The position numbers were made by a program, and so were the translations under genes. The notes below the pieces were generated by a model. That model saw only the letters and a program-made list of their open reading frames with translations, was not told the origin of the DNA and ran no database searches. From contig JASJMK010000017.1 in the NCBI GenBank assembly GCA_037619625.1, positions 7,327-71,326 on the forward strand: DNA of 64,000 bases, read 5' to 3'. Positions 46,273-55,436 of this stretch are shown one piece after another. Source of the stretch: Actinomycetes bacterium (lineage in GTDB: Bacteria > Actinomycetota > Actinomycetes > S36-B12 > UBA5976). Positions within the stretch are counted from its first letter, which is position 1. Each line of letters opens with the position of its first letter.

Positions 46273-47661
46273 ATGACTGCACTAGAAGAACGCACAACAA
46301 ATTCTGCCCTGTCAGATATGGCTAGAGATCGACTATGGATGCACTTCACTCGCCATTCAACATTCGAAAATGGTGGAGAAGTTCCAATTATTACTCGCGG
46401 CGAGGGTGCTTACCTTTATGACGAGCACGGCAAAAAGTACCTCGACGGTCTTGCTGGTCTATTTACAGTGCAATTAGGACATGGCCGCCGCGAACTAGCT
46501 GAAGCTGCTGCAAAGCAAATGCAGGAATTAGCATTCTTCCCACTTTGGTCTTATGCGCATCCAAAGGCAATAGAACTTGCGGATCGCTTAATTAGCTATG
46601 CGCCAGCATCGCTCAATCGAGTTTTCTTCACCACTGGTGGTGGCGAAGCAGTTGAGTCAGCTTGGAAAGCCGCGAAGATGTACTACAAGTTAATTGGTAA
46701 GCCAATGAAGCACAAAGTAATCAGTCGCGCAGTTGCATATCACGGCACACCACAAGGTGCGTTAGCTATCACTGGTATTCCAGATGCCAAGAAATACTTT
46801 GAGCCGCTTACTCCTGGTGGGTTTCGCGTTCCTAATACCAACTTTTACCGCGCCGAATACCACCAAGATGACATCAAGGCGTTTGGTCGCTGGGCTGCTA
46901 ACCGAATTGAAGAAGCCATTCTTTTTGAAGGTGCCGACACAGTTGCTGCCGTATTCCTGGAACCAGTTCAAAACTCAGGTGGCTGTTTCCCACCACCACC
47001 TGGTTACTTAGAGCGAGTTCGCGAAATTTGTGATGAGTATGACGTGCTGATGGTTGCAGATGAAACCATCACTGCATTTGGGCGGATCGGAGATATGTTT
47101 GCCATGAAGCGCTTTGGTGTTGATCCAGACATCATTACTTGCGCAAAGGGTATGACTTCTGGCTACTCCCCAATTGGCGCGATGCTTGTTGGCGACAAGG
47201 TTTTTGAGCCATTCAAGAAAGGTGATACTTATTTTGCGCACGGCTATACCTTTGGTGGTCACCCAGTTTCAGCGGCAGTGGCACTCGCTAACTTGGACAT
47301 CTTTGACAAAGAAGGCATTAATCAGCACGTCCGGGACAACGAAAATCAATTCCGTAAGACTTTGGAAAAGCTAAACAATCTTGACATCGTTGGCGATGTT
47401 CGAGGTGAAGGCTTCTTCTACGGCATTGAACTTGTTAAAGATAAGGCAACTAAAGAATCATTTAATGATGAGGAGTGTGAGCGGCTGCTTCGTGGCTACA
47501 TGTCCAAGGCGTTATTTGAAAATGGTCTTTACTGTCGTGCTGATGACCGTGGGGACCCGGTCATTCAGCTAGCCCCACCGCTAATCATTGGCCAGAACGA
47601 GTTTGATGAGATTGAACAAATCTTGCGTCACGTTCTTACTGAAGGTCAAAAGATTCTCTAG
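46273..47661 (+). CDS. Class-III (omega) aminotransferase, putrescine/beta-alanine--pyruvate transaminase-like
   Basis: 462-aa ORF with LGHGRRE, VADETITAFGRIG and TCAKGMTSGYSP (PLP lysine) motifs. Confidence 0.85.
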   Translation: MTALEERTTNSALSDMARDRLWMHFTRHSTFENGGEVPIITRGEGAYLYDEHGKKYLDGLAGLFTVQLGHGRRELAEAAAKQMQELAFFPLWSYAHPKAIELADRLISYAPASLNRVFFTTGGGEAVESAWKAAKMYYKLIGKPMKHKVISRAVAYHGTPQGALAITGIPDAKKYFEPLTPGGFRVPNTNFYRAEYHQDDIKAFGRWAANRIEEAILFEGADTVAAVFLEPVQNSGGCFPPPPGYLERVREICDEYDVLMVADETITAFGRIGDMFAMKRFGVDPDIITCAKGMTSGYSPIGAMLVGDKVFEPFKKGDTYFAHGYTFGGHPVSAAVALANLDIFDKEGINQHVRDNENQFRKTLEKLNNLDIVGDVRGEGFFYGIELVKDKATKESFNDEECERLLRGYMSKALFENGLYCRADDRGDPVIQLAPPLIIGQNEFDEIEQILRHVLTEGQKIL

Positions 47662-48326
47662 TGCAAAATAAAGTTGGCGCGACGGACCGCACTGCGGTCC
47701 GTCGCTTTCCTGAAAAAGCAGTCACGGACCGCACAAAAGTAAATGCAATTCTTGACGCCGGATTAGTTGCCCACGTTTCCTGCGTGGTGGATGGTCAACC
47801 ATTCGTAATGCCAGTTGGTTACGCCCGAGATGGTGACCGGGTGCTATTTCACGGATCGAGCGCCTCAAGACTTTTTAAGAATTTAGCAGCCGGACAACCT
47901 TGTTGCTTAACGGTCACATTGCTTGACGGTGTGGTTCTTGCGCGCAGTGCATTTGAATCCAGCATGAATTACCGATGCGTTATAGCTTTGGGTTCTTGCG
48001 AAGTTCTCGAAGGCGATGAAAAAGAAGCCGCACTTATTAGAATTACTGACCACTTGCTGCCAGGTCGCACAGACCACGCCCGAAAAGCAGCGCCGAAAGA
48101 AGCAAAGGCAACTTTGATGCTTGCGCTTAATCTCGATGAGGTTTCTTGCAAAGTTAGTGAAGGTGACCCTGATGATGTACCAAGCGACCTAGTCGATCCA
48201 ATTTATTCCAACATTTGGGCTGGCTACGTTCCAATGAATGAAGTGTTCGGCGAACCTGTCTCGGATCCGTTAACGATAGAAAAGAACATCCCGATTCCGG
48301 ACTACATCAAAAAGTGGAAACGCTGA
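47661..48326 (+). CDS. Pyridoxamine-5'-phosphate-oxidase-like (split beta-barrel flavin-binding) family protein
   Basis: 221-aa ORF. Its GTG start shares 1 nt with the aminotransferase TAG stop. The ILDAGLVAHVS...DGQPFVMPVGYARDGDRVLFHGS pattern is typical of PNPOx-like proteins. Confidence 0.65.
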   Translation: MQNKVGATDRTAVRRFPEKAVTDRTKVNAILDAGLVAHVSCVVDGQPFVMPVGYARDGDRVLFHGSSASRLFKNLAAGQPCCLTVTLLDGVVLARSAFESSMNYRCVIALGSCEVLEGDEKEAALIRITDHLLPGRTDHARKAAPKEAKATLMLALNLDEVSCKVSEGDPDDVPSDLVDPIYSNIWAGYVPMNEVFGEPVSDPLTIEKNIPIPDYIKKWKR

Positions 48327-48341
48327 GAAGAGAGCTACAAA

Positions 48342-49724
48342 ATGACTGACTACCGATCAAAGTCTTTATGGTGGGATACTCTTCCCGAGGAATTGGCAAC
48401 TTCCACCAGGTACGCGCTGCACTCTGACATCGATGTTGACGTGGCAATTATTGGTGCTGGTTACACCGGACTTTGGACGGCTTATTACTTGCAGCAGCAA
48501 GATCCCAATTTAAACATCGCAATCATTGACGCTGAAGTAGCTGGCTACGGCGCATCTGGTCGAAATGGTGGCTGGTGTTCGGCCTACTTCCCTACCGAAA
48601 TCGACAAGCTTGGAAGAATTCATGGCCGCGAATCAGCGCGCGCAATGCAAGACGCGATGCATGACACCGTTACCGAAATTGAAAACGTTGTAAAAGCTGA
48701 AGGCATCGATTGTGAATGGCAACGCGGTGGCACGATTTCATTTGCCCGTACGCCATTGCAGTGGAAAAGAGCTCAGGATTACATTCACCATTGGGAGCAA
48801 TGGGGTTACGATGCGCAACATTACGCATTACTAAGCGCTGGCGAAGCTAAAGAGCGCGCGCAAGCTACAAATCTTTTCGGCGCAACATACACACCACATG
48901 TGGCAGCAATTAATCCAGCAAAGTTAGTTCGCTCACTTGCCAACATTGTAGAAAAACGCGGTGCCACAATTTATGAACACACTGCTGCTACCAAGATTGA
49001 ACCAGGCAAAGTAACAACTACTGGTGGCGTGATAACTGCGCGCTACATTGTTCGGGCAACCGAGGGTTACACCAGATCTATTTCGGGTCAAAAACGTAAA
49101 ATTGTTCCTATTTATTCACTCATGATGGCCACGGAACCATTAAGTGCCCAGACTTGGGATCAGATTGGTTTAGCCCAGCGAGAAACTTTTGGCGACTTTA
49201 GAAATTTGATCATCTACGGACAGCGCACTGCGGATAACAGATTTGCTTTTGGCGGACGTGGTGCGCCTTATCACTTTGGCTCGACTATAAAAGATGAATA
49301 TGACCAGCACGCAAAAGTTCACCCATCTCTGCTTGGCGTATTAGCTGAACTTTTCCCGGTTGTTGCTGGCGCAAAAGTGACTCACACTTGGGGCGGACCT
49401 CTTGGGGTTGCGCGGGACTGGATGGCATCAGCAGGTCTTGATCGGACAAGTGGTATTGCTTGGGCTGGTGGCTATGTGGGCGATGGAGTCGGCACAACTA
49501 ATCTGTCGGGACGAACTTTGGCTGACTTGATTACAAGCCAAGACACCGCTTTGACTAAATTGCCATGGGTAAACCACAAATCTAGAAATTGGGAAGTTGA
49601 ACCACTTCGTTGGATTGGCGCAAATACTGGCTTACAGATTATGACGCGCGCTGATAACTCAGAGGATAAGTCTGGAAAACCTTCAAAGCTTGCCGGCGTT
49701 GTTTCAAAGCTACTAGGTCAATAA
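48342..49724 (+). CDS. FAD-dependent oxidoreductase (DAO family, PuuB-like), second paralogue
   Basis: 460-aa ORF with VAIIGAGYTGLWTA and GYGASGRNGGW motifs. Same architecture as 42532-43953. Confidence 0.75.
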   Translation: MTDYRSKSLWWDTLPEELATSTRYALHSDIDVDVAIIGAGYTGLWTAYYLQQQDPNLNIAIIDAEVAGYGASGRNGGWCSAYFPTEIDKLGRIHGRESARAMQDAMHDTVTEIENVVKAEGIDCEWQRGGTISFARTPLQWKRAQDYIHHWEQWGYDAQHYALLSAGEAKERAQATNLFGATYTPHVAAINPAKLVRSLANIVEKRGATIYEHTAATKIEPGKVTTTGGVITARYIVRATEGYTRSISGQKRKIVPIYSLMMATEPLSAQTWDQIGLAQRETFGDFRNLIIYGQRTADNRFAFGGRGAPYHFGSTIKDEYDQHAKVHPSLLGVLAELFPVVAGAKVTHTWGGPLGVARDWMASAGLDRTSGIAWAGGYVGDGVGTTNLSGRTLADLITSQDTALTKLPWVNHKSRNWEVEPLRWIGANTGLQIMTRADNSEDKSGKPSKLAGVVSKLLGQ

Positions 49725-49730
49725 CTCCAC

Positions 49731-50567
49731 ATGACTGCGATTTTTTTGGCGCTAGTTTGTGCGCTCAGTTACGGTATCGCTGATTTTTGGGGCGGCTTGG
49801 CAACCCGACGTGGCTCAATCTGGAAAGTGTTGCCCATAATTGTTGCCACTGGCATAGCGACTTTGTTGATCGCGATTCCATTTTTCGGAGCGGACTTTAG
49901 TTCTGGCGCAATCAAAGCTGGAGTAGCCGCCGGCTTAGCGGGAACCATTGGGTACATATTCATTATGTACGGCTTGGCGCTTGGTCCAATGAGCGTAGTT
50001 GCGCCTATCTCAGCCGTGATCGGTGCGATCATTCCATTTGGAGTTGGATTTTTACGTGGTGAAACTTTATCGACTGTTGGATTTATTGGCGCAGGTCTAG
50101 CTTTTATTTCAATTGTGTTAGTAAGTCGTTCAACGGAAGATGCCACGCATCCAGTGACAACTAAAGCGGTGATCGTGGCAATCATTGCTGGACTTGGTAT
50201 CGCTGGATATCTTCTGGGTATCAGTAGCGGTCCAGATGACAGTGGCTTGGCTCCCGTAATGGTTGGCCGATTAGTCACTGGTGGAATATTCATTTTTATC
50301 GCGATTGCAAAGTGGAAAACTATTCGAAATGGAAAAATTGATTACCGACTTGCCATAGCCTCGGGTGCGCTTGATGTTGTTGGTGGCGCAACTTTTATGC
50401 TGGCTACGCGCGCTGGTGATCTCGTACTTGTTGCTGTTCTAGCTGCTCTCTACCCAGCTTTTACCGTATTACTTGCCAGATTCGTTCTTCATGAACGCAT
50501 GGAACGTCATCAACTTGTTGGCTTGCTTGGCGCGGGAGCTGCTGTGCTATTACTGGCGACAAGCTAG
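49731..50567 (+). CDS. EamA/DMT-superfamily transporter, copy 1
   Basis: 278-aa ORF with about 10 TM segments and an N-terminal SYGIADFWGG motif. Tandem paralogue of the next gene. Confidence 0.75.
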   Translation: MTAIFLALVCALSYGIADFWGGLATRRGSIWKVLPIIVATGIATLLIAIPFFGADFSSGAIKAGVAAGLAGTIGYIFIMYGLALGPMSVVAPISAVIGAIIPFGVGFLRGETLSTVGFIGAGLAFISIVLVSRSTEDATHPVTTKAVIVAIIAGLGIAGYLLGISSGPDDSGLAPVMVGRLVTGGIFIFIAIAKWKTIRNGKIDYRLAIASGALDVVGGATFMLATRAGDLVLVAVLAALYPAFTVLLARFVLHERMERHQLVGLLGAGAAVLLLATS

Positions 50568-50586
50568 CCACTAAAGTTAAGTTCTC

Positions 50587-51423
50587 ATGTCCGCCATAAT
50601 CCTTGCTTTTGCTTGCGCATTCTCATATGGCTTTGGCGATTACTTTGGTGGACTTGCCACTCGCAAGAGTCCGCTGCTTAAAGTCCTGCCAATCACAGTC
50701 GGCACTGGCTTAGTTTCGCTCTTAATTGCAGCGCCATTTCTGGGCGCGCAATTTAATCAGCAAGCGGTGATCGCTGGTTTATCTGCCGGAACCTGCGGAA
50801 TTGTTGGCTATATCTTCGTTTTGAAATCACTCGGTCTTGGGCCAATGGGAGCAGTAGCTCCCATAACTGCGCTGGTTGCTGCGCTCATTCCATTTAGTGT
50901 TGGGTTATTTCGTGGTGAACGACTCACGCTAACTGGATCCATTGGTGCGCTAATTGCGATGGCATCCATTGTGCTTGTCAGCCGATCAACTATTGATGCC
51001 ACGCATCCACTTTCCAAAGCAGCAGCGATATTTGCAGGTTTAGGTGGCTTTGGGTTTGCTGGATTTTTGTTGAGCGTAAGTAGCGCACCTGTTGGCTCAA
51101 TGCTGGCGCCAGTAATAATGGCGCGCTCAGTAACAATGGTGGTCTTTTGTATTGCTGCGCTTGTCACCTGGAAATCCATAGCTAGTAGCCCGGTGGACTA
51201 CAAGCGAGCCATGGCATCCGGCGCCCTTGATGTGTGGGGTGGCACCACATTTATGTTGGCTGCCCAGCGCGGGCAACTGGTTACAATCTCGGTAATCGCC
51301 GCACTTTATCCAGCAATTACAGTGCTGCTAGCTCGCATATTCCTCAAAGAACGCCTTGAGCGCCACCAGGTTGTTGGACTGGTTGGCGCGGGGCTGGCCA
51401 TAGTGCTCCTCACTAGCTCCTAG
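50587..51423 (+). CDS. EamA/DMT-superfamily transporter, copy 2
   Basis: 278 aa, the same length as copy 1. By eye it aligns with copy 1 along the full length with no gaps at roughly half identity (e.g. VLVSRST.DATHP, ASGALDV.GG.TFMLA, LYPA.TVLLAR). Confidence 0.75.
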   Translation: MSAIILAFACAFSYGFGDYFGGLATRKSPLLKVLPITVGTGLVSLLIAAPFLGAQFNQQAVIAGLSAGTCGIVGYIFVLKSLGLGPMGAVAPITALVAALIPFSVGLFRGERLTLTGSIGALIAMASIVLVSRSTIDATHPLSKAAAIFAGLGGFGFAGFLLSVSSAPVGSMLAPVIMARSVTMVVFCIAALVTWKSIASSPVDYKRAMASGALDVWGGTTFMLAAQRGQLVTISVIAALYPAITVLLARIFLKERLERHQVVGLVGAGLAIVLLTSS

Positions 51424-51469
51424 TTTTAGGGGAATTTTGGCCCAAAACGCTGATATTTGCTTACTTGCA

Positions 51470-51483
51470 GATTGGATCCAATC
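51470..51483. promoter_or_regulatory. Perfect 14-bp palindrome upstream of the acyl-CoA dehydrogenase gene (candidate operator)
   Basis: GATTGGATCCAATC lies about 50 bp upstream of the ATG at 51534. ATTGCAAT follows at about 51501. Confidence 0.4.
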
Positions 51484-51533
51484 CTGTTAATTTGGTGATA
51501 ATTGCAATTTTGCACTTGGGATAGGAATCCGCC

Positions 51534-52718
51534 ATGGCCGCACCACAACATCCATTTGATCTTTACGCAATTGACCGTTTGTTTACCGACGAACAACTTG
51601 CCATCCGCGACTCAGTTCGCAAATTTGTGGATGACCGCGTTAAGCCCCATGTTGGTAAGTGGTTTGAGGACGGCGAATTCCCAGCCCGCGAATTAGCTAA
51701 AGAAATTGGCCAAATGGGTATGTTCGGCATGCACCTTGAAGGTTACGGCTGCGCTGGCACTGATGCCACTTCCTATGGCCTAGCTTGTCTAGAACTTGAA
51801 GCAGGTGACTCAGGGTTGCGATCCTTTGTTTCCGTACAAGGATCTCTGGCCATGTTTGCAATTTGGAAGTTTGGCTCCGAAGAACAAAAACAAGAATGGC
51901 TACCGCGCTTAGCGTCTGGCGACGCACTTGGTTGCTTTGGTTTAACTGAAGCCGATGCTGGCTCAAACCCTGGTGAGATGCGCACAAATGCAAAGCGTGA
52001 TGGCGATGACTGGATTCTTAATGGTTCAAAGATGTGGATCACAAATGGCAACATCGCAGATGTCGCCATTGTTTGGGCGCACACCGAAAACGGCATTGAA
52101 GGTTTTGTGGTTCCAACAAATACCCCGGGTTTCAAGGCCAACTTAATTAAGCACAAAATGTCACTTCGAGCATCAGTTACAAGTGAATTAGTTTTTGAAG
52201 ATGTCCGCCTACCAGCTTCTGCTGTGTTGCCAGAAGTTCAAACACTTCGTGGTCCACTTTCTTGCTTATCGGAAGCGCGCTTTGGAATCTTATTTGGTGT
52301 TGTTGGCGCCGCTCGGGATTGTTTGGAGACTGCAATTGATTACACCATGAGCCGCCAGCAATTTGGCCGGCCATTAGCTGCCTTCCAACTCTCCCAGCAA
52401 AAACTTGCTGACATGACGATTGCAACTGGAAATGGAATGTTGTTAGCTTCGCACTTAGGCAAGCTAAAAGATGAGCACTTACTTCGTTCTGAGCAAGTAA
52501 GCATTGGCAAGAAAAGCAATGTCCGGATGGCACTAGAAGTTGCGCGCGAATCTCGCTCAATGCTTGGTGGCTCTGGAATCACATTGGAATACCCAATTAT
52601 TCGTCACATGAATAACTTGGAAAGTGTTTACACCTACGAAGGCACCAACGAAGTTCACACTTTAGTTGTTGGCCAAGCTCTTACTGGAATCGCCGCTTAC
52701 GCGGATTACAAGGCATAG
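51534..52718 (+). CDS. gcdH: Acyl-CoA dehydrogenase, glutaryl-CoA dehydrogenase-like
   Basis: 394-aa ORF. The N-terminal FDLYAIDRLFTDEQLAIRDSVRKF, GLTE.DAGSNP and YEGT.EVH motifs are typical of GCDH-type ACADs. Confidence 0.78.
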   Translation: MAAPQHPFDLYAIDRLFTDEQLAIRDSVRKFVDDRVKPHVGKWFEDGEFPARELAKEIGQMGMFGMHLEGYGCAGTDATSYGLACLELEAGDSGLRSFVSVQGSLAMFAIWKFGSEEQKQEWLPRLASGDALGCFGLTEADAGSNPGEMRTNAKRDGDDWILNGSKMWITNGNIADVAIVWAHTENGIEGFVVPTNTPGFKANLIKHKMSLRASVTSELVFEDVRLPASAVLPEVQTLRGPLSCLSEARFGILFGVVGAARDCLETAIDYTMSRQQFGRPLAAFQLSQQKLADMTIATGNGMLLASHLGKLKDEHLLRSEQVSIGKKSNVRMALEVARESRSMLGGSGITLEYPIIRHMNNLESVYTYEGTNEVHTLVVGQALTGIAAYADYKA

Positions 52719-52726
52719 TTAGTCCA

Positions 52727-52761
52727 AAAAAAGCCCCCGAGTGATCGGGGGCTTTTTTTTG
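52727..52761. terminator. Bidirectional intrinsic terminator
   Basis: AAAAAAA-GCCCCCG-agtgat-CGGGGGC-TTTTTTTT, between the convergent gcdH-like gene and the membrane protein gene. Confidence 0.9.
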
Positions 52762-52768
52762 TTAATGA

Positions 52769-53476
52769 TTAAGTAGAAGTTGGTTTCTTCGTAAGGGCCT
52801 TGTCGATACCCCAATAAAAAACGGCAACAATTATTGATGCAAAGAGAATTCCAAGTACAAAAATAATGACGTTGGCATAACCATTAACGACGACATCAAA
52901 GAAGTCATATGGGTACTTATCGATTATCGCTCCGCGGAATAGCGTGTAAAACACATAAACGATAGGAAGCACGAGTGCTGCCACAATGTTCTTTAAGTTA
53001 ATCCAACCACGCGGTCCTGCGATGATGAAAATCAGCACTGTGATCAGCGGTGTAATAGTGTGCTGAATTGGGCTTGAGATCTGATTTAAACCCTGCGGTG
53101 GATAATTAGGGCCTAGTAGCAAGTTATAAACCACGCCAGTGACCGTAATCATCAAAACCGTATCCGTGCGCATAACACGAAATAGCTTGCCATCTCGTGT
53201 TGGGTTTAAATAAAGCAAAGTCATAATGATGCCAACGGCGATCTGGCTCCAAATTGTGAAGTAACTAAACAAATCCATGATTCGCTCGGGCGCACCTGCC
53301 AAACCATTCGCATAATCTCCGTAGTGGCCAAAAAGGGAGGTGACAGGTTCATCCGCATATTTTGGAGTCTTTACAAGTCCAAAGAGTTCAATCAGGAAAC
53401 TCATTCCAAAACCGAGCCAAGCACTCAAGGCATTGATACCGAATAAATTGCGTTTAGTTTTAGTTGAAAGGGCCAT
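52769..53476 (-). CDS. Pr6Pr-family (FAR-17a/AIG1-like) integral membrane protein
   Basis: 235-aa ORF with about 6 TM segments. YFTIWSQ and HTITPL motifs as I recall them for the Pr6Pr family. Confidence 0.5.
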   Translation of the reverse strand: MALSTKTKRNLFGINALSAWLGFGMSFLIELFGLVKTPKYADEPVTSLFGHYGDYANGLAGAPERIMDLFSYFTIWSQIAVGIIMTLLYLNPTRDGKLFRVMRTDTVLMITVTGVVYNLLLGPNYPPQGLNQISSPIQHTITPLITVLIFIIAGPRGWINLKNIVAALVLPIVYVFYTLFRGAIIDKYPYDFFDVVVNGYANVIIFVLGILFASIIVAVFYWGIDKALTKKPTST

Positions 53477-53529
53477 ACTGGATTTTATTGGTTTGGTGTG
53501 TAGAAATGTCGCTAATTTGGGGTCCCAAT

Positions 53530-55407
53530 TTATTCACTTCGTAATAGGGGTCGCAAAATGTCAAGAATAGAGACATCTTCAATAGTGCTTGGAATATCTA
53601 CCTGTTTTCCATCAGCGATGCCCCGCATGGTTTTGCGCAGGACTTTACCTGAGCGCGTTTTTGGCAAGCCTGGTACGACCACAACTTCGTTAAGTGCAGC
53701 AACGGGCCCAACTTCTTTTCGAACTAAGGCAACAATTTCTTTGCGCAAAACTTCAGCGTCAACCTGCGCGCCAGATTTTAGAACAACGAAAGCTTTTGGA
53801 ATTTGGCCTTTGATTGCATCAGCGACCCCGATTACAGCGCACTCAGCAACTAATTCATGGGTTGCCACAACTGCCTCAAGTGATCCAGTGCTCAATCTAT
53901 GACCGGCAACATTTATCACATCATCAGTTCGACCCATTATGTAGACGTAACCATCTTCATCTAAGTAGCCACCGTCGCCACTTGCATACATTCCGGGGAA
54001 AACTTTCAAATAAGAATCGATGTAGCGCTGGTCATCGCCCCAAAGTGTCGGCAGGGTTCCAGGTGGAAGTGGCAAAGTAATTGCGATGTTTCCCTCAGTG
54101 CCAATCGGAAGTTCTTTTCCAGTTTCATCCAATACCTTGATGTCGTATCCAGGAATTGGAACCGATGGTGATCCAGGCTTAATCGGCATGGGATCCAGGC
54201 CGCGCAAATTGGAAGCGATCGGCCAGCCAGTTTCGGTTTGCCACCAGTTATCAATTACCGGAACACCTAGGTGCTGCGTTGCCCAATGGTAAGTGTCTGG
54301 ATCTAGGCGCTCCCCAGCTAAAAACAAGTTTTCAAACTTTGACAAATCAGTTTTCTTTATAAATTCCCCGGTGTAATCCTCTTTGCGAATCGCGCGGATT
54401 GCTGTCGGGGCTGTGAACAATCCCTTTACGCCATACTTCTCAATTACTCGCCAGAATGTGCCCGCATCAGGTGTGCCAACCGGCTTACCTTCAAAAACAA
54501 TGGTAGTAGCGCCAGCGAAAAGCGGCGCATAAACAATGTACGAGTGTCCAACTACCCAGCCAACATCTGAGGCAGACCACCACATGTCCCCGGCCTCGAT
54601 GTTGTAAACATTTTTCATCGACCAGGTCAGCGCAACTGCGTGGCCACCGTTATCTCGGACAATTCCTTTTGGTTTGCCCGTTGTGCCTGAGGTATACAAA
54701 ATGTACAGCGGGTCAGTGGCTGCCACTGATACACATTCAGCAGGTTCTGCCATGGCCATGGCAGCTTTCCAGTCGATATCTGTTGGACCAAGGTCAACCA
54801 CATGCTGTTCGCGCTGCAAGATGATGCAGTGATCTGGTTTGTGGCTTGCCAGTTGTATTGATTCATCAAGCATCGGCTTGTATTCCACAATTCGAGTTGG
54901 CTCCAAACCGCAGGAAGCGGAAACAATAACTTTTGGTTTGGCATCATCAATGCGAGCTGCCAGTTCAGCAGGGGCAAACCCGCCAAAAACTACCGAATGC
55001 ACTGCGCCCAATCGAGCAGTAGCCAGCATGGCAATGAGCGCTTCCGGCACCATGGGCATGTAGATAACGACCCGATCGCCTTTTTCAACCCCAGCCATTC
55101 GCAGGGCGCCAGCAAATCGGGCAACTTTTTCCAGCATCTGGGCATAAGTCAAAGTTAGAGATTTCCCAGTTATCGCACTTTCGTGAATTACTGCAGGTTG
55201 ATCGGCTCTGCCATCTATGACATGTCGGTCGAGTGCGTTGTAACAAGTGTTAAGCATGCCATCAGAAAACCATCGATATAGCGGTGGATTACTGTCATCT
55301 AAAATCACTTTGGGGGTCTTATCCCACTTAACTAATTTCGCCGCATTTCCCCAAAATTCACTTGGATCAGCCATGCTCTGGGCATAGGCACTCTGGTAAT
55401 TAGTCAT
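53530..55407 (-). CDS. prpE: AMP-forming acyl-CoA synthetase, propionate--CoA ligase-like
   Basis: The adenylate-forming motifs YTSGTTGKPKG and GRTDDVINVAGHRL, plus an N-terminus YQSAYAQSMADPSEFW resembling PrpE. Start at 55407. The ORF-track start at 55470 overlaps rlmN. Confidence 0.7.
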   Translation of the reverse strand: MTNYQSAYAQSMADPSEFWGNAAKLVKWDKTPKVILDDSNPPLYRWFSDGMLNTCYNALDRHVIDGRADQPAVIHESAITGKSLTLTYAQMLEKVARFAGALRMAGVEKGDRVVIYMPMVPEALIAMLATARLGAVHSVVFGGFAPAELAARIDDAKPKVIVSASCGLEPTRIVEYKPMLDESIQLASHKPDHCIILQREQHVVDLGPTDIDWKAAMAMAEPAECVSVAATDPLYILYTSGTTGKPKGIVRDNGGHAVALTWSMKNVYNIEAGDMWWSASDVGWVVGHSYIVYAPLFAGATTIVFEGKPVGTPDAGTFWRVIEKYGVKGLFTAPTAIRAIRKEDYTGEFIKKTDLSKFENLFLAGERLDPDTYHWATQHLGVPVIDNWWQTETGWPIASNLRGLDPMPIKPGSPSVPIPGYDIKVLDETGKELPIGTEGNIAITLPLPPGTLPTLWGDDQRYIDSYLKVFPGMYASGDGGYLDEDGYVYIMGRTDDVINVAGHRLSTGSLEAVVATHELVAECAVIGVADAIKGQIPKAFVVLKSGAQVDAEVLRKEIVALVRKEVGPVAALNEVVVVPGLPKTRSGKVLRKTMRGIADGKQVDIPSTIEDVSILDILRPLLRSE

Positions 55408-55436
55408 AGGTATTTCTACCATGCCCTGACTTTTGA

